This document shows, piece by piece, positions 44,499-64,000 of a stretch of DNA of 64,000 bases. The notes beneath the pieces are model-generated. The model was not told the DNA's origin. It saw only the letters and a list, made by a program, of their open reading frames with translations, and did not search any database. The translations under genes were made by a program, and so were the position numbers. Source of the stretch: Macrostomum lignano (taxonomy: Eukaryota); contig NIVC01003265.1 in assembly GCA_002269645.1 (NCBI GenBank), positions 1-64,000 on the forward strand. The letters run 5' to 3'. Position 1 is the first letter of the stretch; each line of letters opens with the position of its first letter.

Positions 44499-44665
44499 CC
44501 TAGCTGATTCAGACAATGATTCAGTGGTCCCTAGCCAATGATTCAGTGGTCCCTAGCCAATGATTCAGTGGTTCCTAGCTGACTCAGACAATGATTCAGT
44601 GGTCCCTAGCTGACTCGGACAATGATTCAGTGGTCCCTAGCTGACTCAGACAATGATTGAGTGGT
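44499..44665. repeat. 31-bp CCCTAGCTGACTCAGACAATGATTCAGTGGT repeat with truncated variants
   Basis: Direct reading. Confidence 0.85.
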
Positions 44666-45624
44666 TCACTCTGAGCTAGTGCATTTAGATATGTAGAAAC
44701 GAATGCACGCATTGTTAAAGGTATCAAGCAGATTTCTATTTGTTGGTTAACTGCAGTCAGTCATGTTTATGATTGAAAGAATTTATTTGTGAATCCGAAA
44801 CTCCGCATGCAGGTCATTGTCTCACTGGAGCAAGTCCTCATTAATTATTAATTACTAGTACATAGCAAAGCTACACGTGCATACTGACCAGAGAAACAGC
44901 CATAAAGAATTTGGATGCACAGGCAGCATCGGATAGTCCCCCGGCTGTCCTGGCCGCAGTCTCATTGCTCAGCAGGGACTTGAGTTCCCCGCCCTCCCCT
45001 TCTCTCTTCCCCCGCCCAGATCCCCATTAACGGGAATGGCCTGACTTTCGATGAGTTTGGTTTTGCCTTATCTTCCCATATCGGGCCCCGGTTTTGATCT
45101 CGCAGCAGACAGTGCTCACCTGTAGCGAACCGGCCTCACAAAAAGAACATGTGAAGGTTAGGGGGAGGCTGGGTAGCCATCATAACCGGTGGGAGCGGCT
45201 TTGATCCCGCTAATTGCAGGTACTGCGGTGTATGTACTGCACCGCCTCAGACACGCGGCGAGACGGAACCCCATTTTTAATACCTTTGAGACGGAGACTC
45301 TGAGCAGCCAGCCGAGCTGCCCTAATTAATTGATAACGAGGGGCAGCCGCTGCGGCCTCGGGAGGAGCCGGCGGTCCGCGTTTTCCGCTCATAAATAATT
45401 CACCGCCACTCGAGGGCTCGCAAATCTGGGGGAGCTTGAATAATGGCCCCGGCAACTGCGGGGGGGGGCAGCCTCGGCTCCTCCCCTTCTTTCCCCAGCG
45501 GGTCGCTTTAATCCGCGATTGAGGGGAAAATTTCCAGTCCGTGTTAAAGTGTTTTCCGGCAGAATGATAATGCCTAATGAAACTGCATGCTAGGTTTGGG
45601 AGCTTTCCTATGGTTAAAGGCCAG

Positions 45625-47240
45625 ACTAGCAATCCATTCTACACATGCATTCAAGCAGATTAGATCAGCAATCCATTCTATTCCTGCACCCATGATAGGC
45701 TAGATTAGCAATCCATTGTATTCCTGCACCCATGATAGGATAGATTAGCAATCCATTCTATTCCTGCACCCATGATAGGCTAGATTAGCAATCCATTCTA
45801 TTCCTGCACCCATGATAGGCTAGATCAGCAATCCATTCTATTCCTGCACCCATGATAGGCTAGATTAGCAATCCATTCTATTCCTGCACCCATGATAGGC
45901 TAGATTAGCAATCCATTCTATTCCTGCACCCATGATAGGCTAGATTAGCAATCCATTCTGTTCCTGCACACATGATAGGGTAGATTAGCAATCCATTCTA
46001 TTCCTGCACCCATGATAGGCTAGATTAGCAATCCATTCTATTCCTGCACCCATGATAGGCTAGATTAGCAATCCATTCTATTCCTGCACACATGATAGGC
46101 TAGATTAGCAATCCATTCTATTCCTGCACACATGATAGGCTAGATTAGCAATCCATTCTATTCCTGCACCCATGATAGGCTAGATTAGCAATCCATTCTA
46201 TTCCTGCACCCATGATAGGCTAGATTAGCAATCCATTCTATTCCTGTACCCATGATAGGCTAGATCAGCAATCCATTCTATTCCTGCACCCATGATAGGC
46301 TAGATTAGCAATCCATTCTATTCCTGCACCCATGATAGGCTAGATTAGCAATCCATTCTATTCCTGCACCCATGATAGGCTAGATTAGCAATCCATTCTG
46401 TTCCTGCACACATGATAGGGTAGATTAGCAATCCATTCTATTCCTGCACCCATGATAGGCTAGATTAGCAATCCATTCTATTCCTGCACCCATGATAGGC
46501 TAGATTAGCAATCCATTCTATTCCTGCATCCATGATAGGCTAGATTAGCAATCCATTCTATTCCTGCACCCATGATAGGCTAGATTAGCAATCCATTCTA
46601 TTCCTGCACCCATGATAGGCTAGATTAGCAATCCATTCTATTCCTGCACACATGATAGGCTAGATTAGCAATCCATTCTATTCCTGCACACATGATAGGC
46701 TAGATTAGCAATCCATTCTATTCCTGCACCCATGATAGGCTAGATTAGCAATCCATTCTATTCCTGCACCCATGATAGGCTAGATCAGCAATCCATTCTA
46801 TTCCTGCACCCATGATAGGCTAGATTAGCAATCCATTCTATTCCTGCACCCATGATAGGCTAGATTAGCAATCCATTCTATTCCTGCACCCATGATAGGC
46901 TAGATTAGCAATCCATTCTATTCCTGCACCCATGATAGGCTAGATTAGCAATCCATTCTATTCCTGTACCCATGATAGGCTAGATCAGCAATCCATTCTA
47001 TTCCTGCACCCATGATAGGCTAGATTAGCAATCGATTCTATTCTTGCACCCATGATAGGCTAGATTAGCAATCCATTCTATTCCTGCATCCATGATAGGC
47101 TAGATTAGCAATCCATTCCATTCCTGCACCCATGATAGGCTAGATTAGCAATCCATCCTATTCTTACATCTGTGATACGATAGATTAGCAATCCATTCTA
47201 TTCTTACATCCGTACATTCTTACGATAGATTAGCAATCCT
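45625..47240. repeat. 40-bp TAGATTAGCAATCCATTCTATTCCTGCACCCATGATAGGC satellite, about 40 copies
   Basis: Direct reading; the terminal units are diverged. Confidence 0.97.
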
Positions 47241-48121
47241 AATACTGTAATCGCAATGTAAAGTAAGACACATGAATGTAAGAACACATGAATGTGTTTT
47301 TTTACACAAACACATGAATGTAATGCAATGTAAGACACATGAATGGCAAAGCTGACACAGCCTTGCCCGCAATAAATGCAGTTCGACCCGCTGCCGGGAT
47401 GCAGCACCTGCCTCTGTGTTTGCAAACTCACTGCATCTCCGTTCCCCACCCCCTGGATCATCCCAGTCGGCCCTGTCCCCTGTCCCCAGTGCGCATCCCC
47501 AGTCTGGGTCTGCCCATCCCAGCCAGCCGGCCAGGGCCAATGGGATTCGGGCAGCAGCAGCTGCACCCGCCAGCTCCTGGCTCAGCAGTCTAAATACCCC
47601 CCCAGCCTCCCAGCTCCGGCATCTTCCCGGTCTCAACGTCAACAGCCGCTTCTGTTCTCCCAAATTTCCCGACATCGCGCCGAGTGTCCGCCAGGTGAAA
47701 TCCGCGACTCAACCCGGCTTGCGACAGTCTTCAGCCAGTTCTGTGAGCATTTCCTGCTGGCTTCATGTCTTTGCTGCTGTTACTGTTGATGCTGTTAGGA
47801 GCAGCTGGGATCCCCCGTTGATGCTGGACTGAGTGGAGCTGCCAAAAAATTGCCTTCCTCACAGCTCATCCCCCTCTGAGCTGCTCCTCTATCCTCTCCC
47901 TTCTCTCCCCTCCCCCTGCTGGCTGGGGGCATTTCTGCTTCTGGAAGCCTGGAAGCCGGCTTCAGGCCTGCTGGGGGATAATTGCTCCCTAAAAATCCTC
48001 AATTCGGAGCCGCCGCAGCCACCGGGAGTTGCCCCGCCAGGCGTGCACTTTAAGCCGCGGCTCACCTACGAGCAGTTTGAAATCCCCACCGGCCGCCGAG
48101 CTGGCGGAGCCCTTTATTGAC

Positions 48122-48630
48122 TTTCTGCCTGCTGCTTCTGCTTGCTGCTTCTGTCTGCTGCTTCTGCTTTCTGCTTCTGTCTGCTGCTTCTGCTTTCTGC
48201 TTCTGTCTGCTGCTTCTGTCTGCTGCTTCTGCTTGCTGCTTCTGTCTGCTGCTTTTGCTTGCTGCTTCTGCTTGCTGCTTCTGTCTGCTGCTTTTGCTTG
48301 CTACTTCTGCTTGCTGCTTCTCTCTGCTGCTTCTGTCTGCTGCTTCTGTCTGCTGCTTCTGTCTGCTGCTTCTGTCTGCTGCTTCTCTCTGCTGCTTCTG
48401 TCTGCTGCTTCTGCTTTCTGCTTCTGTCTGCTGCTTCTGTCTGCTGCTTCTGCTTGCTGCTTCTGTCTGCTGCTTTTGCTTGCTGCTTCTGCTTGCTGCT
48501 TCTGTCTGCTGCTTCTGCTTGCTGCTTCTGTCTGCTGCTTCTGCTTGCTGCTTCTGTCTGCTGCTTCTGTCTGCTGCTTTTGCTTGCTGCTTCTGCTTGC
48601 TGCTTCTGTCTGCTGCTTTCTCTGCTTTCT
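48122..48630. repeat. CTG/CTT-based compound microsatellite
   Basis: tgctgcttctgtc / tgctgcttctgct units. Confidence 0.95.
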
Positions 48631-49493
48631 GTAGCTCTCTGGGCTGCGCTGGGGCTCCCCGCATCGGCACCTGAGGGGGGGGGGCTGGGCTGAGAAGATC
48701 CCCAGCATCCCCGATCCCTGCCCCCCTTACTGAGATCCCACTGGGAACAGCGGAGTCTCCTAGCCTCCCTATCCTCTTCATCTTATCCTCCCGAGGGATA
48801 AATCGGATTATGGAGGACTTCGTGGTCCGTCTTTTATCACCTTTCCTCTCCCGCATCCCCCTGCCTGGCCTGACCGCAGTCCGAGTTCGAGCTGCTCGGG
48901 CAGAATCTTCAAGCCCGATGAAGGAGGAGTCTGAGAGCTTTGCAGCTTCCTCTGTTCAGTAGAGAAGCGGGATTCTGAAGAGCGCGGGAGAGCGGGGTGG
49001 CCCGAGAGGTGTGGAAGCGACGCGATCCCGGAGTCGAAGTGGGCTGCCTGACTTCTCCCAGACCCAGTCGACCCGCGGCCCCAGCTGCGAGCTTACAAAT
49101 CGCTTGCAGAATGATTAAAATTGCAGAGACTGGCACTGAGCGCTTCCTCCACTTCCCTCATCCCTCTCCACGCCCAGCTCCTCCATCGCTCACTCTTGCA
49201 AAAGGACTCTCTGTTTATAAAAACAGCCTGAATGCTGCGAGCCGGGAGGCTGTTGCTAAATGAGGCTCAGGGACAGGGGGGAGGCAGCTTCCATTGATTC
49301 CCAGGTGGAGCTGGGGGGGGGGCTGCTTTCAAGCAAAGCAGTTGGAACAGAAGAAGTTTGAGATGCTGGCCTCCATAGCCGCGGGGCACGCCGTCCCCAA
49401 ACAGCCGGGAGACATCTGCGGCGGCTTGAAAATCAATAGAATTTTTTTGCAAATTTTTCTACCCTTTATGCAGCGGCGATAGGTATTGTTTCC

Positions 49494-50620
49494 TATCTCA
49501 CAGTCTCATCTAGACTATCTCATCGGTATCTCACAGTCTCATCTAGACTATCTCATCGGTATCTCACAGCCTCATCTAGACTATCTCATCGGTATCTCAC
49601 AGTCTCATCTAGACTATCTCATCGGTATCTCACAGTCTCATCTAGACTATCTCATCGGTATCTCACAGTCTCATCTAGACTATCTCATCGGTATCTCACA
49701 GTCTCATCTAGACTATCTCATCGGTATCTCACAGCCTCATCTAGACTATCTCATCGGTATCTCACAGCCTCATCTAGACTATCTCATCGGTATCTCACAG
49801 CCTCATCTAGACTATCTCATCGGTATCTCACAGCCTCATCTAGACTATCTCATCGGTATCTCACAGCCTCATCTAGACTATCTCATCGGTATCTCACAGC
49901 CTCATCTAGACTATCTCATCGGTATCTCACAGTCTCATCTAGACTATCTCATCGGTATCTCACAGTCTCATCTAGACTATCTCATCGGTATCTCAGCCTC
50001 ATCTAGACTATCTCATCGGTATCTCACAGCCTCATCTAGACTATCTCATCGGTATCTCACAGTCTCATCTAGACTATCTCATCGGTATCTCACAGCCTCA
50101 TCTAGACTATCTCATCGGTATCTCACAGCCTCATCTAGACTATCTCATCGGTATCTCACAGCCTCATCTAGACTATCTCATCGGTATCTCACAGCCTCAT
50201 CTAGACTATCTCATCGGTATCTCACAGTCTCATCTAGACTATCTCATCGGTATCTCACAGCCTCATCTAGACTATCTCATCGGTATCTCACAGTCTCATC
50301 TAGACTATCTCATCGGTATCTCACAGCCTCATCTAGACTATCTCATCGGTATCTCACAGCCTCACTTAGAGTACCTCACCGGTTATCTCACAGTCTCACC
50401 TAGAGTATCTCAGTCTAACCTACAGTATCTCACAAGTTATCTCAGTCTAATCTAGAGTATCTCACCGGTTATCTCAGTCTAGCCTACAGTATCTCAGAAG
50501 TTATCTCAGTCTAATCTAGAGTATCTCACCAATTTTCTCAGTCTAATCTAGAGTATCTCCCGGTTATCTCAGTCTAATCTAGAGTATCTCCCCGGTATCT
50601 CACAGTATCACCCAGAGTAT
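49494..50620. repeat. 33-bp TATCTCACAGTCTCATCTAGACTATCTCATCGG satellite with a degenerate 3' tail
   Basis: Direct reading. Confidence 0.95.
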
Positions 50621-51104
50621 CTCCTACTTTGCCATGCATATGTTGCAACAAGTCTGCTTGCAGTCGTGTCTGATGTTTCCAATTAGCAAAAGTATCCAGC
50701 TGCTGACTCAGTGAAATCTGGCACATCCTGCTTTCAGCTATCAATATCCCCCCCCGCATCTTCGATACTCCTGCCTCATCCTGAGCACCCCGTGCTCTCC
50801 AATCTCGCTAATGAGTTTGTCTCACCTGCCACGTGTGAAATGAGAGAAATTGACTTTTCCAAGAATCGCTACTGCTGCGGGGCCGGGGAATGAGTGGGGA
50901 GCAGAGGGGTAGGGAGGCGGCAGGGGGGGGGGTGCTTTGCCGGGGTTTGTTTGCTTTGTGTGCAAATTAATTTTAGCAGTGGGAAAGTCAAATTAGAGCG
51001 AATGTTGAGACAGGTTGGCGAGCCGAACCGGCACCAGCTCGGAGCCGCTTATCGCCCTTGGATTGTGGCGATTTTTACTGATGAAGTGCTCAGAATGCTG
51101 AGAT

Positions 51105-52600
51105 TTTGATAGGAGATGGGGTGAGATTTTGATAGGAGATGGGGTGAGATTTTGATAGGAGATGGGTGAGATTTTGATAGGAGATGGGGTGAGATTTTGA
51201 TAGGAAATGGGTGAGATTTTGATAGGAGATGGGGTGAGATTTTGATAGGAAATGGGGTGAGATTTGATAGGAGATGGGGTGAGATTTAATAGGAGATGGG
51301 GTGAGATTTGATAGGTGATGGGGTTAGATTTTGATTGGAGATGGGGTTAGATTTTGATAGAAGATGGGGTGAGATTTTGATAGGAGATGGGGTGAGATTT
51401 TGATAGGAGATGGGTGAGATTTTGATAGGAGATGGGGTGAGATTTGATAGGAGATGGGTGAGATTTTGATAGGAGATGGGGTGAGATTTGATAGGAGATG
51501 GGTGAGATTTTGATAGGAGATGGGGTGAGATTTTGATAGGAGATGGGTGAGATTTTGATAGGAGATGGGGTGAGATTTTGATAGGAAATGGGGTGAGATT
51601 TGATAGGAGATGGGGTGAGATTTAATAGGAGATGGGGTGAGATTTGATAGGTGATGGGGTTAGATTTTGATTGGAGATGGGGTTAGATTTTGATAGAAGA
51701 TGGGGTGAGATTTTGATAGGAGATGGGGTGAGATTTTGATTGGAGATGGGGTTAGATTTGATAGGTGATGGGGTTAGATTTTGATTGGAGATGGGGTGAG
51801 ATTTTGATAGGAGATGGGGTAAGATTTTTAGAGGAAATGGGGCGAGACATTGATAGGAGATGGGGTGATATCTTGATACTCGTAGATTATGGGATGAGAT
51901 TTTGATAGAAGTCAGTGTGAGATTTGATAAGATATGGGGTACGATGTTGAAAGGAGATAGGGTGAGATTTTTAGAGCAGATGGGGTGAGATTTGATAGGA
52001 GATGAGGTGAGATTTGATAGGTGATGGGGTTAGATTTTGATTGGAGATGGGGTTAGATTTTGATAGAAGATGGGGTGAGATTTTGATAGGAGATGGGGTT
52101 AGATTTTGATTGGAGATGGGGTTAGATTTTGATAGAAGATGGGGTGAGATTTGATAGGTGATGGGTGAGATTTTGATAGGAGATGGGTGAGATTTTGATA
52201 GCAGATGGGGTGAGATGTTGAAAGGAGATAGGGTGAGATTCGATAGGAGATGGGGTGTGATTTGATAGGTGATGGGTTAGATTTTGATAGGAGATGGGGT
52301 GAGATTTGATAGGTGATGGGTGAGATTTTGATAGGAGATGGGGTGAGATGTTGAAAGGAGATAGGGTGAGATTTGATAGGAGATGGGGTGAGATTTGATA
52401 GGAGATGGGGTGAGATTTCGATAGGAGATGGGGTGAGATTTCGATAGGAGATGGGGTGAGATTTCGATAGGAGATGGGGTGAGATTTCGATAGGAGATGG
52501 GGTGAGATTTCGATAGGAGATGGGGTGAGATTTCGATAGGAGATGGGGTGAGATTTGATAGGAGATGGCTGAGATTTTGATAGGAGATGGGGTGGGATTT
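51105..52600. repeat. 22-23-bp GAGATTTTGATAGGAGATGGGGT satellite
   Basis: Direct reading. Confidence 0.95.
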
Positions 52601-53679
52601 TGAAATAATACAACCAATGAGAAAAAAAAGATTTTGAATAAAGATGGGGGAGATTCGTGAGGTGTTTGCTGATCGCATTGAGCATGCTGTCACTAAAAGC
52701 AGCTTGGCAGAGCCTGGCTCTCACAACTGGAAATCCAGGCGCTCACAGCGGTGATAAAAAACCCCTGCACTCCCCGAGCTCCGCGGCAGCTGGACCACCA
52801 GAGCACAGCGGGTCTGGGCAGGAGAGAGAATTAAACTGCTCGGGAGACGGCCGACTCACAGGCCATCGCTTTATTGTGATGAGGCTGCATGGCCCCAGTG
52901 GGATCTGATCCCGCTGACCCCAGCCTCCCGCTGTCCCGTCTCTCTATCCTGTGCTCAAGTACCTCCGGCAATTAGCTGGCAAAATACGGGGAGCCTCCGA
53001 TTAATGAACGGGCAGGTCCGGTGGCGGGGCAGAGAGGCACTGATGAAGCTGGCACGGCCTCCCAGCCTCCCACGCGCGGCTCAACCACTGGGCCAGGTGA
53101 GAGGGAGAATGCAGTATTGAAGGGATGGCACGGATGATGAATTGCCTCTCCCCCTGACAACAAGCAGACAGCTGCAGCTCGAGCAGAGCCGGTCGCCAGC
53201 AAGAGTGCATCTGGGTGGGGCCGCATCAATCTGCGCTAATCCCCCCAGGCTAATTAAATAATAATCCGTCACTGCGGATGCCATGGGATCCGCGCCAACC
53301 CCGCTGCTCGGTCCGGATGCCTCTCAATTATTGATGAAGCTGCCGTGCCGCAGCCTCCAGCGCATCCGCCAAACCCCCTCAGAGATGCCCTGTCCAGCCC
53401 TGGCACTTGTCACCTTGGAGCTGTCTGCCCCCCCCCCCTGCCCCAGCCTGTCTTCACCTTCCGTGTTTGCCTGCCGAATCGATCGCTTTGCTGCCTCTGG
53501 AAATTCAGGCCAGAAATACTGCAATTTGGCTATTTGTGCGCCTTTGACACTTCCTGTGCGGACAGCCTGCGCCCGCGTGTGCCTGCGGTATTCACTTAAA
53601 CTCTTGCCGATCTCCTGTCTGACACTCAGACTGGACTGAACTTCTCTGAGGTACAGTGGCTTGACTGACTGACTGACTG

Positions 53680-53762
53680 ACTGACTGACTGACTGACTGA
53701 CTGACTGACTGACTGACTGACTGACTGACTGACTGACTGACTGACTGACTGACTGACTGACT
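53680..53762. repeat. (GACT)n microsatellite
   Basis: Direct reading. Confidence 0.97.
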
Positions 53763-53817
53763 CCCCAATCCCACTGCAGCCAGGGCCACAGGCGATGCCA
53801 GTCACTGCAGGGGAGTC

Positions 53818-61186
<7,369 letters not shown>

Positions 61187-61190
<4 letters not shown>

Positions 61191-61730
61191 GTGAGGCACC
61201 GGCGAGTGAGGGGTGAGGCACCGGCGAGTGAGGGGTGAGGCAACGGCGAGTGAGGGGTGAGGGACCGGCGAGTGAGGGGTGAGGGACTGGCGAGTGAGGC
61301 GTGAGGCACCGGGGAGTGAGGGGTGAGGCACTCAGGTGAGAGATTAACCTGAGGGATGAGGCACTCAGGTGAGAGATTAACCTGAGGGATGAGGCACTCA
61401 GGTGAGAGATTAATCTGAGGGATGAGGCACTCAGGTGAGAGATTAATCTGAGGGATGAGGCACTCAGGTGAGAGATTAATCTGAGGGATGAGGCACTCAG
61501 GTGAGAGATTAATCTGAGGGATGAGTCACTCAGGTGAGAGATTCATCTGAGGGATGAGGCACTCAGGTGAGAGATTAATCTGAGGGATGAGGCACTCAGG
61601 TGAGAGATTAATCTGAGGGATGAGGCACTCAGGTGAGAGATTAATCTGAGGGATGAGGCACTCAGGTGAGAGATTAATCTGAGGGATGAGTCACTCAGGT
61701 GAGAGATTAATCTGAGGGATGAGGCACTCA
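61187..61730. repeat. 22-bp GTGAGGGGTGAGGCACCGGCGA array followed by a 33-bp GAGGCACTCAGGTGAGAGATTAATCTGAGGGAT array (12 copies)
   Basis: Direct reading; begins at the exon 8 donor. Confidence 0.95.
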
Positions 61731-62834
61731 ATAATTTTGACAAAGATATGAAAGGTGATTTACTTACTGGATGCAGGATGCACGATATTATCCCAAAGAA
61801 GGATATAAAAAAACCTCTTCTCTGGATATAAAAAAGCTTTTGAGGTCAAATCCCCTCTTTTTAACAGCACAATGCGCCACTCATGTTATTATCATTTTGA
61901 ACTGATGAAGCTTTCCAGCTGAAGTGGCTGTTTGGCTGCACAAAGGTAGAGATGAGGCTGGGCGGCCCAGGGGCAGTCATTGACATCCAGGAGGCGCACT
62001 GACAAAATATTGATTAATGCTGACTGGCGAGACAGCCCCCCCCCACCCACCGCTCCGCCCCGCGCGCAAATTGGCAAAAACTCAGCGGCCACTGGATACT
62101 CAGGGCCGGACAAAAGCTGAGGCTGAGCCGAGATGAAGATGAGTCCGGAGGAGGATGGCGAATCGATGAAGTCCCGGATCGAGAGGATCGAGTGACTCCG
62201 CGTGCAGCCCGCGGGCTTTTGTTTGTCGGAGCCTCTCCCCCTGGCCTGAGTGCGGGAGGCAGCAGCGCCGCCTCCCAGCCTCCAAGTTTTATAATTCACT
62301 TACTGGGCTGTTAGAGCCGGGCTGGGCTGTTAGGTGAAGTTGGTGAAAACTGCGCTCTCTCGGTGGCGGCGTGTTGGGATAAGGAAGGGATCATTGATAT
62401 CCTCGCAGATCCCCACTGCTCAAAGATCTGATCCTGCAGCGGTTGCTCAATAGTTGGCCCCGATCCCCAAGGGGAAAAACTTCCCATTCCGGTGCACTTT
62501 CACGCTGCCTTCTCCCTCCTTGTCCTTCAGCTTCCCCGTCCATCAATTCAGAGACTTGCCCGGGGTGATGAAGATCCCAGCCTGCAGAGCCCTCAGCCTC
62601 GCCGCGGAAGAAAAAGGCCGCTACTTCGCGCCTGATCTGAGCTGGGCGGGAGTTTGCGGAGACATTCTGGCTTCTCTGGATTAGAAATGGATTTTTGAGA
62701 TAAAGAGTTTGGAAAGGGAGGGGCGGCTAGTGATGGTGGAATGGTGGATTGCCGCCATTTTAAGAGTTCGTTGCTCAAGTCTGAGTGTGAGCAACCCAGC
62801 GGTTAATTTCGTATAGCTTCAAATGTAGCATCGA

Positions 62835-63925
62835 AAAACAACGGCAATAAAATCAACAACAACAACAATAAAATCAACAACAACAGCAATAAAACCAACA
62901 ACAACAGCAATAAAATCAATAACAGTAGCGGCAATAAAATCAATAACAACAGCAATAAAATCAATAATAGCAGCAGCAATAAAATCAATAACAACAGCAA
63001 TAAAATCAACAACAACAGCAATAAAATCAACAACACCAACAATAAAATCAACAACAACAGCAATAAAATCAATAATAGCAGCAGCAATAAAATCAATAAC
63101 AACAGCAATAAAATCAACAACAACAGCAATAAAATCAATAACAGCAGCAATAAAATCAATAATAGCAGCAATAAAATCAATAACAACAGCAATAAAATCA
63201 ACAACAACAGCAATAAAGTCAATAATAGCAGCAGCAATAAAATCAATAACAACAGCAATAAAATCAACAACAACAGCAATAAAATCAACAACAACAGCAA
63301 TAAAATCAATAATAGCAGCAATAAAATCAACAACAACAGCAATAAAATCAATAATAGCAGCAATAAAATCAACAACAACAGCAATAAAATCAATAATAGC
63401 AGCAATAAAATCAACAACAACGGCAATAAAATCAATAATAGCAGCAATAAAATCAATAATAGCAGCAATAAAATCAATAACAACAGCAATAAAATCAACA
63501 ACAGCAATAAAATCAATAATAGCAGCAGCAATAAAATCAACAACAACAGCAATAAAATCAACAACAACAGCAATAAAATCAACAACAACAGCAATAAAAT
63601 CAATAATAGCAGCAATAAAATCAACAACAACAGCAATAAAATCAATAATAGCAGCAATAAAATCAACAACAACAGCAATAAAATCAATAATAGCAGCAAT
63701 AAAATCAACAACAACGGCAATAAAATCAATAATAGCAGCAATAAAATCAACAACAACAGCAATAAAATCAATAACAGCAGCAATAAAATCAACAACAACG
63801 GCAATAAAATCAATAATAGCAGCAATAAAATCAATAATAGCAGCAATAAAATCAATAACAGTGACGGCAATAAAATCAATAACAACAGCAATAAAATCAA
63901 TAATAGCAGCAGCAATAAAATCTTT
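62835..63925. repeat. AATAAAATCAA(C/T)AA(C/T)AGC-type 21-27-bp A-rich minisatellite
   Basis: Direct reading; source of the spurious poly-Leu and DFIA ORFs on the - strand. Confidence 0.95.
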
Positions 63926-64000
63926 AAACGACAAAGTAAAAGCAACAAAGGAATCAAAATCAAAAGTGCGGCTGTCAACTTTCGAGAAAGCACTTTTAAA

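Noticed and set aside
48029-50403. Cys/Leu-rich, Gln/Ser-rich and SHLDYLIGI-repeat ORFs
   Set aside because: Entirely explained by the CTG-type and 33-bp repeats.
62803-63993. 396-aa poly-Leu/Ile and 371-aa DFIA-repeat ORFs
   Set aside because: Antisense reading of an A-rich minisatellite.

Overview
Eukaryotic (animal) genomic DNA with spliceosomal GT-AG introns. GC-rich exons, minisatellite-filled introns and an RTE-type LINE remnant suggest a free-living flatworm such as Macrostomum; this is my inference and is unverified. Left part (1-14 kb): a frameshifted tetraspanin-like exon, a near-complete two-NBD ABCA transporter (-), a spliced 67-aa secreted cystine-knot (C-C-CC-C-C) peptide gene that the ORF track misses, an intronless class A GPCR (-), LINE and foldback remnants, and a 105-aa, 34-Cys metallothionein-like gene with TATA box and MREs. 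Middle (15.6-25 kb): a full-length 8,058-bp Mutator-type transposon with 39-bp TIRs, a perfect 8-bp TSD and an intact PHD + FLYWCH/WRKY-like + DDE transposase, carrying nested MITEs, followed by another 8-bp-TSD foldback element. Right part (25.8-64 kb): co-oriented + strand genes RAD9, RIC8, an orphan Cys-rich type I membrane protein, RPA3 and the 5' part of an F-BAR (Fes/Fer-like) gene. RAD9, RIC8 and RPA3 each have a splice acceptor just before the ATG, which may indicate an SL trans-spliced operon. About 30 distinct tandem-repeat arrays fill introns and spacers. Most long ORFs in the supplied track lie in these arrays and are spurious. Exon structures were reconstructed by hand with phase checks, and no database searches were run.
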